Positions 58,337 through 64,000 of a stretch of 64,000 nucleotides of DNA are shown here, one piece after another. This DNA is from a virus. The translations under genes and the position numbers were made by a program. The stretch's first letter is position 1. Each line of letters begins with the position of its first letter. The notes under the pieces were generated by a model. It saw only the letters and a program-made list of their open reading frames with translations, ran no database searches and was not told the DNA's origin. Location: IMG/VR virus record IMGVR_UViG_3300015249_000001, positions 1-64,000 of that record; one strand, written 5' to 3'.

Positions 58337-59854
58337 ATGCCCGAAAATAAAGATTTGGCAATACCCTTGTCTTCTTATATGCCTTTGCCCTTAGGTCAAG
58401 AGGAACTGTACTTAACCCTGCAACCCAGGGCTGACCAAGTGGAAGACTACCTCACCCTGGTCAGTTGGCAGCGTTGTGCGAACTACAGTGAGGTGGGCAC
58501 CGGTAAAAGCTTTGTTTCATATTTGTTGATAATGAAGTCCCTATTGGAGGGTTTAAGGGTGCTAGTGGTCATGCCCCCACCCTTGATCCCCCAATATATT
58601 TACAACTTCCATAAGATCCTTCCCGGAAACCCTTACACTGTAGTCAGGCTGCACAAGGCCAAGGCCACCAGGGAAAAGGACATGGCAGCCTGGACTTCCC
58701 AAGGCAAGTGGCCTCAGGTGCTTGTGACCTCATACCAGTTGTTTGTCAAGTATCACCGGGAGCTATACGCTAAGGGTTGTTACGGCTTGTTGGTGGCCGA
58801 TGAAGCCCACAACATAGGGCTTGTACAGACCCATGCGTTCCGGGCTTTCTTTTGCTTTGTCTATGGTCGCAGGCCCATCAAGCTGCTATTGATGACGGCC
58901 ACTCCCGCAATGACGGAGATACAGTCCAACTACACCCAAGTGAAGCTCAGGGACCCTAAGGTGTACACCAACCTTGACCAGTTCGACCGGATGCACGTTG
59001 AGTATGAGACCAGGACGATCCAGGTGAACAACAAGAAAGGGCAGGAAATGCCCAAGAAAATCCAGGTCATTTCGGGCTACAAAAACTTGGACACCTTACA
59101 GGTAAACCTGATGCGGGGGGCTGTGCGTAGGAGGGCGGCAGAGGTGCTGTCCTTGGAAGCACCGACAATAATAGACCATTTAGTTATTTTAGAACCTAAA
59201 CACGAAGCACTATACCAGACCCTGCTGCAAGAAAGGATTCTGGAATTAGGGGAAGAAATAAGGGTGGCCAAGAACGCTTCTGCCTTGCGCCAGATGGCCT
59301 TGCAGATTATCACCAACCCCAACCTCTACATGCCCCCGGAAAGCCCCTTACCCGGTAGTGACATCAGCCCCTTGGAGGTTTTAAAGTCATTGCTAGGGGT
59401 GATGCCCTTGAAGGAGTCCAAGGTGTTGGTGTTTTGCCACTTCCAGAACACGGTAAAGATGCTTGAGAAGGAGCTGTCAGAATACAACCCTGCCCTGGTC
59501 TATGGGGGTTCCAACACCGACACCAACGTCAAGAAGCTGCTTGAGGATGGGACGTGCAGGATAGGTATCCTGAACTTCGCTTCCGGGGGTGCCGGGTTTA
59601 ACCTGCAAGGGGTTAGCCACCATGTCATTGTCTATGAGGCTATAGGGTCCCCAGGGATGATCCAGCAGGGGTTGGGACGTGTGCATAGGGGTGGGCAACA
59701 AAAGCCCGTGGTGGCCTGGATATTCCGTTATGGCGCCAGCTTGAGTGCAAGGCTATTGAACAAGGCCCTAGAGAGGGCAGGGTCTATCAAGGTTACTGTA
59801 GGGGACGACTTTTGCTTTGCAGATTTTATCATCGAGGGGGTTGACATATTGTAA
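58337..59854 (+). CDS. SNF2-family (SF2) helicase
   Basis: 505 aa; SEVGTGKS (motif I), LLVADEAHNIG (DEAH), QGLGRVHRGGQ (motif VI). Confidence 0.85.
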   Translation: MPENKDLAIPLSSYMPLPLGQEELYLTLQPRADQVEDYLTLVSWQRCANYSEVGTGKSFVSYLLIMKSLLEGLRVLVVMPPPLIPQYIYNFHKILPGNPYTVVRLHKAKATREKDMAAWTSQGKWPQVLVTSYQLFVKYHRELYAKGCYGLLVADEAHNIGLVQTHAFRAFFCFVYGRRPIKLLLMTATPAMTEIQSNYTQVKLRDPKVYTNLDQFDRMHVEYETRTIQVNNKKGQEMPKKIQVISGYKNLDTLQVNLMRGAVRRRAAEVLSLEAPTIIDHLVILEPKHEALYQTLLQERILELGEEIRVAKNASALRQMALQIITNPNLYMPPESPLPGSDISPLEVLKSLLGVMPLKESKVLVFCHFQNTVKMLEKELSEYNPALVYGGSNTDTNVKKLLEDGTCRIGILNFASGGAGFNLQGVSHHVIVYEAIGSPGMIQQGLGRVHRGGQQKPVVAWIFRYGASLSARLLNKALERAGSIKVTVGDDFCFADFIIEGVDIL

Positions 59855-59924
59855 CGGTAAGCTTAATCTAAGAGTCCCTTACAACATGTAAGCCACTAAT
59901 AACCTCTACTAGGACGCAGATACA

Positions 59925-60197
59925 ATGAACCAAAAAGAATTAGTTGATGTAGTTACAAAAACGTCAGGATACCCTAGGACCCAAGTGGAAAGTACCTTGT
60001 ACTCCTTGCTCAAAGCTATTGAAAGGGAAGTGGCCTCCGGAGGTGTAGTACGGCTGGTCAATTTCGGTACTTTCAAGACATTGCAGTATCAAGAGAGGAA
60101 CGCCATAAACCCGGTCACAGGTGCGCCTGTCATAAGGCCTGCAAAGAAAGTACCTAAGTTTTCTGCAGGCAAAAAGTTCAAGGACGCAATGGGCTAG
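59925..60197 (+). CDS. HU/IHF-family DNA-binding protein
   Basis: 90 aa; MNQKELV...VRLVNFGTFKTLQYQERNAINPVTGAPVIRPAKKVPKFSAGKKFKDA is a classic HU fold sequence. Confidence 0.85.
   Translation: MNQKELVDVVTKTSGYPRTQVESTLYSLLKAIEREVASGGVVRLVNFGTFKTLQYQERNAINPVTGAPVIRPAKKVPKFSAGKKFKDAMG
59947..59958. promoter_or_regulatory. dyad-like ATGTAGTTACAA (1 mismatch)
   Basis: inside codons 8-11 of the HU gene; may be coincidental. Confidence 0.35.
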
Positions 60198-60233
60198 GGA
60201 CAGCAATTAACGATAACCTTAAAGAGAAATGAA

Positions 60234-61109
60234 ATGACTAAGATAAAAGATAAAGTAGACGTAACAGAAAAGACAGTGATTGAAGGGGAACTGGCGTCAC
60301 CCCCTGCGACTTTGGCTGAGACCCCGGTGGAGGTCACAGAAGGCGAGCTTCTAAACCCTGATGCCCCTACGGAGCTTGCCCATACCGAAGAACAGTCCGT
60401 GGAACAGTCCGTGGAACAGTCCGTGGAACAGTCCGTGGAACAGTCCGTGGAACAGTCCGTGGAACAGTCCGTGGATGAACCTGGAATTCCCGAACCAACC
60501 ATTGCAGCCCCTGCCACCATTGCAGGCACTGCGGTAGCCACCAACCCTAACAAACCTAACCTGGCAGCACCTTTGCAAGCGTTGGCTGACATGGGTATCG
60601 AAGATGTGGTTATTGATTTCACATCCTTTCCAAAGATCACCTTGGAGAAGGGGATTTTTTCAACCGTCAATGGGCCTATCGGGTCTGAGTTCGAGTTCCA
60701 GTACCTGAGCAAGCACCCAAGCTACCTGCTGTCCTCAATCCCACCTGACAGGGATACCGACAGTGAATTGGTTTACTCGTTGGATGGCAAGGAAGACTAT
60801 GAGGGCAAGTCTTTTACGGACTACATTGCGGAGTGGAAGGCCAAAGGTTGGGATGCCAAGAAGACCAGTTACGACATCGTGTTGGGGGTCTGCTTAAATG
60901 GTGAGTTGGCTGGTGAAATCGTGCAGTTGCAGATTAGCCCTAAGTCACAAGGGGTGTTCGGTGGTTATTTGTTCAACCTTGGATTCAAAAAATTGAACCC
61001 TCTGCAAGTAGTCACCCGTGTGTATGCAGGCAAGATGCAAGGCCAGGGCACCAAGGCGTTTACGCCTTGGGCATTCAAGGTTGAGCGCAAGGTGGAAGCC
61101 GATGCCTAA
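60234..61109 (+). CDS. hypothetical replication-module protein with (EQSV)7 tract
   Basis: 291 aa; acidic repeat-containing N-part, conserved-looking C-part; between HU and SSB genes. Confidence 0.6.
   Translation: MTKIKDKVDVTEKTVIEGELASPPATLAETPVEVTEGELLNPDAPTELAHTEEQSVEQSVEQSVEQSVEQSVEQSVEQSVDEPGIPEPTIAAPATIAGTAVATNPNKPNLAAPLQALADMGIEDVVIDFTSFPKITLEKGIFSTVNGPIGSEFEFQYLSKHPSYLLSSIPPDRDTDSELVYSLDGKEDYEGKSFTDYIAEWKAKGWDAKKTSYDIVLGVCLNGELAGEIVQLQISPKSQGVFGGYLFNLGFKKLNPLQVVTRVYAGKMQGQGTKAFTPWAFKVERKVEADA
60390..60473 (+). repeat. perfect tandem repeat GAACAGTCCGTG x7
   Basis: read directly; encodes (EQSV)7. Confidence 0.95.
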
Positions 61110-61557
61110 CAGTATCACTATCCTTGGTCGCCTTGGACGTGATGCAGAAGTGAGGTACACCCCTTCGGGGGTGGCCCTTGCCGCATTTTCCTTGGCGGAT
61201 ACCATTGGCTTTGGGGACAGGGAGCAAACCAACTGGTATAACTGCTCACACTTCCTGCGGGATAAATCCAAGATGGCCGACCACCTTACGAAGGGCAAGC
61301 TGGTCATGGTGGTTGGGGAGCTTACCCTAAGGGCGTACACAGACAATACTGGGAACAAGAGGGTGTCCCCTGACATCAAGGTTGAGCGGGTGACTTTTGT
61401 AACTACAAATTCTCCAGGTTATCAGGATAAGGACAGGGAGGGTGGCAAGCCTACCAGCACAACCCAAGTACACGAAGCCCCGCCACCCCCTCCACCTGGG
61501 CAAGCTTTTGGGGACACGCCGGACTTTGACGACGAAGCCGATGATATCCCATTTTAA
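61102..61557 (+). CDS. ssb: single-stranded DNA-binding protein
   Basis: 151 aa from ATG 61102 (ATGCCTAA overlap); ILGRLGRDAEVRYTPSG..NWYNC..GKLVMVVGEL OB-fold pattern and acidic tail DDEADDIPF. Confidence 0.9.
   Translation: MPNSITILGRLGRDAEVRYTPSGVALAAFSLADTIGFGDREQTNWYNCSHFLRDKSKMADHLTKGKLVMVVGELTLRAYTDNTGNKRVSPDIKVERVTFVTTNSPGYQDKDREGGKPTSTTQVHEAPPPPPPGQAFGDTPDFDDEADDIPF
61397..61408. promoter_or_regulatory. dyad TTGTAACTACAA (exact)
   Basis: inside ssb coding sequence (..VTFVTTNS..), 177 nt before polA start. Confidence 0.5.
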
Positions 61558-61584
61558 AATCAACAACTTAGATATAAAAAGACA

Positions 61585-64000
61585 ATGGCAACTAACTATA
61601 CACCAATGATATTGGACTTGCGGGGACTTGTCTGGAATGCCTACTATGCAGGCATGTCCAGGGAGCCTTTGCGAGGCGAGATAAAAGACGAGGTGAACAC
61701 TGCGGAGTATGGGTTCGCCACATTCTTAAACAAGTTTTTCAACCCCATGCTTGAGATTGTGGAGTCTCCCCTGCATATGGTGGCGGTAGAGGATGACGGT
61801 CACCTTTACAGACAATCTTTATACTCCGAGTACAAGGCGGACAGGGAGGTGGCAAAAGACCAAAGGGACAAGGTGGAACTTGCGCAAATAGACAAGGCCT
61901 ACAACTACGCAGCCTCTTTCCTGAAAGCGCTGGGTGTGCCCTTGGTTAAGTTGAGGAACCAGGAGGCGGACGACGTTATCGCTTTCCTGGTAGAGAAGCT
62001 GCATACACGGTTCCCCTGCATTGTGTCCTCTATTGACAAGGACATGCTGCAACTCTACCCAAAGGCCAACATCTTCCGTAACGGGGCTATCCAGACAACT
62101 TTTGTTGAAGGTGTACCCTCAAACCTTATAGCCTTGTACCTTTCCATAGTTGGGGACAGCTCTGATGGGTTCCCAGGGGTTGTGGGGCTAGGCCCCAAGG
62201 CTTTTGAAAGCCTATACAACACCTTTGGGGAGGCAGGACTGTTAAAGATCCAGGGATTCCTGGAGACCAAGGACAAAGCCAGCTTTAGGGCTGCCGTAGA
62301 ACCCTCCGGGCACAAGGTCGGCATGAAATTGCTGGCCGAGTGGGACAGGTGGGGTGTGCAGCTACACCTGGCAAAACTGCATCCTGAAATCTGTGACGAC
62401 GTTAAGGCTGTATTGCAGTGGATTAAGCGGTGTCCAAGCCACTCCCGGTTGACCCAAGTTATGGAGTCAGCAGGGGCGTTAGATATGGTTGGGCAATATG
62501 AGAAGTTCTGCTACACCCAAACACTGGTGACAATGGACAACCTGGATGACTGCCTGGAAGAGGTTATAAGGCTGCTTCCTGAAACCCCTTGTGTCCCCTT
62601 CGATTATGAGTCCTATGACCCTTCCCCTGAAACGGAAAAGCTAAAGTTGCTAAAGAAGATGGATTACGTCAATCCCCTTGCGCAAAAGATAACAGGGGCA
62701 TCCTTCTGCCTGGGCAACAACTTGCAGCATGTTTACTACTTTTCCAGTGGGCACAAGGATACGGCCAACCTGCCCTTAAGCTACATTAAGGGGATGCTGT
62801 TGACCGTTGAGGGGCATGGGCTGGATACAGTGGCCCACAACTGTATGTTCGAGGCCACCCTTTCCCGAACCAACTTCAACCATGAACTTAAGTCCTGGCA
62901 GGATGTCCGGTGCTATTCCCACCAAATAAACGAGAATACCCCCAATGATTTAAAGTCGCTGTCACTTGAGTATTTGAATTACAAGCAAACAAGCTATAAC
63001 CAATTAATGACTCAACTCGGTGTGGAAAACATGTCCCAAGTGACAGGGCAAGAGGTGCTGGCCTATGGCTGCGACGACTCCTTGGTGACCGGGCACCTAT
63101 ATTATTTCTTTATCTTGTTGACTTGCCTGGAAGACACCTTCGAGTTTACTAGGGACTATGAATGCAATGCCCTAGCCCTGATGAAGGAACCCCACATCCA
63201 CGGTATCCAGTTCGATCCTGCGGAAATACAGAAACAGCATGAACAAGACCAAGCAACTTGTGACGCCAATTACTCAAAGGTGCTATCCCTATTAGAGCAG
63301 CATTGTTTGGAACCTAACTATGCCGGTGTCCAGATGATCTATGAAGACCAGAAGGCTTATGTGGCTTACAAGGCCCGTAAGGCTTACCGGGATAAGAACC
63401 CAAGCTCCACCTTCGAGGAGCAGGAAGCCCAGGCCAAGGTCGCCCTTGCCAAGTTCAAGGAAAAACTGCTTAAGTCTTGTGTCTACATCATCCCTTACGA
63501 GGCCAGTGTCCAGGAAGCCTTTATACCCACTCCCGTGAAGTTGACCAGGGTTGCGGGTTTCCTTGGCTTCCCTGAGATTACCAAAGTATCCAAGGCAGGC
63601 ATATCGGACTACCTTTCAGACCTTGAAAGACCCCCTGCGCCTAACCTAAAGCAGGATATTTTTTGTGAGTTGCTGGGCCTTGCGGCATCACAATTCAATA
63701 AAAGGGAAGGAGAGTATTACGAAAAGTTCAAGTCCTTTTGCGAACTGGTGCTGTCTGAAAACACCCCGAAGAGAATGGAAGGCACCCTGCTCAGCTTGGA
63801 CTCCCCCACTCAACTGTCCTCTGTATTTTATCTGATGCTGGGCTTGCCCATACGGATCAGGACAGATGTGCAGAAAGGCAGTGTGCGCTCAGAAGCAGGA
63901 CTTCCAGGTAACCCCTCGACCGACGATAGCGCCCTTGACTTTGCCCTTGCCAATGATTGTGGGGGTGACAATGCCTGGAAGGGGGAAGTGCTACGGGCTA
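61585..64000 (+). CDS. polA: DNA polymerase I (family A) with N-terminal 5'-3' exonuclease; 3' end beyond window
   Basis: own translation from ATG 61585 stays open to window end; FEN motifs QEADDVIAFL, SIDKDMLQL, GDSSDGFPGVVGLGPK; 3'-5' exo motifs PFDYESYD, AHNCMFEA, YGCDDSLV. Confidence 0.9.
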   Translation, partial: MATNYTPMILDLRGLVWNAYYAGMSREPLRGEIKDEVNTAEYGFATFLNKFFNPMLEIVESPLHMVAVEDDGHLYRQSLYSEYKADREVAKDQRDKVELAQIDKAYNYAASFLKALGVPLVKLRNQEADDVIAFLVEKLHTRFPCIVSSIDKDMLQLYPKANIFRNGAIQTTFVEGVPSNLIALYLSIVGDSSDGFPGVVGLGPKAFESLYNTFGEAGLLKIQGFLETKDKASFRAAVEPSGHKVGMKLLAEWDRWGVQLHLAKLHPEICDDVKAVLQWIKRCPSHSRLTQVMESAGALDMVGQYEKFCYTQTLVTMDNLDDCLEEVIRLLPETPCVPFDYESYDPSPETEKLKLLKKMDYVNPLAQKITGASFCLGNNLQHVYYFSSGHKDTANLPLSYIKGMLLTVEGHGLDTVAHNCMFEATLSRTNFNHELKSWQDVRCYSHQINENTPNDLKSLSLEYLNYKQTSYNQLMTQLGVENMSQVTGQEVLAYGCDDSLVTGHLYYFFILLTCLEDTFEFTRDYECNALALMKEPHIHGIQFDPAEIQKQHEQDQATCDANYSKVLSLLEQHCLEPNYAGVQMIYEDQKAYVAYKARKAYRDKNPSSTFEEQEAQAKVALAKFKEKLLKSCVYIIPYEASVQEAFIPTPVKLTRVAGFLGFPEITKVSKAGISDYLSDLERPPAPNLKQDIFCELLGLAASQFNKREGEYYEKFKSFCELVLSENTPKRMEGTLLSLDSPTQLSSVFYLMLGLPIRIRTDVQKGSVRSEAGLPGNPSTDDSALDFALANDCGGDNAWKGEVLRA

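Noticed and set aside
60194-60712. 172-aa minus-strand ORF containing a (STDC)n repeat
   Set aside because: It is a mirror image of the (EQSV)7 repeat gene. The plus-strand frame is continuous with the replication operon and overlaps the ssb start in the usual coupled fashion.
815-61408. Reading the dyad as a Bacteroidota-type promoter (-33 TTTG / -7 TAnnTTTG) or as a plain sigma70 -10 element
   Set aside because: The TAnnTTTG pattern is not present on the sense strand, and the genes use strong GGAG-type SDs, which is atypical for Bacteroidota. Using TACAAA as a -10 would start transcripts inside or after the SD. The mechanism is therefore left open.
1-64000. Calling the element an integrated prophage or assigning a lifestyle
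   Set aside because: No integrase, CI/Cro-like repressor pair, att sites or flanking host genes are visible in the window. Their absence from 64 kb does not prove a virulent lifestyle.

Overview
The whole 64 kb window reads as the interior of a tailed dsDNA phage (or prophage). I see no host housekeeping genes, rRNA, tRNA, CRISPR array, integrase or att site. All function calls rest on motifs I recognise by eye in the supplied translations; no database or HMM search was run.

Layout:
- 1-22.3 kb, minus strand: morphogenesis block with lambda-like head-gene order (portal, S49 protease/scaffold, decoration-like protein, major capsid). It continues with fibre-like proteins, connector-size proteins, a putative tube protein and a 2,045-aa tape measure, which suggests a siphovirus-type tail.
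- This block is interrupted by a plus-strand HNH-like gene (16.8-17.4 kb) and by a plus-strand island carrying a holin-like gene and an embedded Rz/Rz1-type spanin pair (8.0-9.8 kb). The spanins imply a Gram-negative host.
- 22.3-27 kb, plus strand, GC-rich: LamG-domain protein, possible small terminase, GpA-type large terminase, and a secreted DUF1996-like protein.
- 27-28 kb, minus strand: a dNMP-kinase-like gene.
- 28.1-29.9 kb: small early-looking genes.
- 29.9-32.0 kb: an AT-rich stretch of about 2 kb with no credible ORF, packed with dyad symmetries.
- 32-54.5 kb: about 50 mostly orphan plus-strand genes. Recognisable ones are an FN3 secreted protein, MazG, DUF4326-like, ArdC, a GHKL ATPase and a GH19 endolysin.
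- 54.5-64 kb: replication module (AEP primase-SF3 helicase, SNF2 helicase, HU, SSB, and PolA with a 5'-3' exonuclease domain that runs off the right edge).

Most unusual signals:
1. A 12-bp dyad, TTGTA-NN-TACAA, occurs at least 21 times. It usually sits 12-16 nt upstream of start codons and is fused to a nearly invariant GGAGAAAGACAATGG initiation region.
2. Near-consensus sigma70-type promoters are repeatedly followed within 40-130 nt by hairpins and an intrinsic terminator, ahead of the gene they face.
3. The 2-kb AT-rich non-coding region is associated with two related C-rich, G-poor leader tracts in inverted orientation, one just upstream of it (27.9-28.1 kb) and one in its distal part (31.4-31.7 kb).
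4. A retrovirus-style double CCHC zinc-knuckle protein lies in the virion module.
5. A 42-unit A-V-x-x tetrapeptide repeat protein.
6. A three-member paralog family, one member of which is frameshifted.

I cannot name a defined novel multi-gene system with confidence. The regulatory cassette and attenuator architecture is my best candidate for something undescribed.
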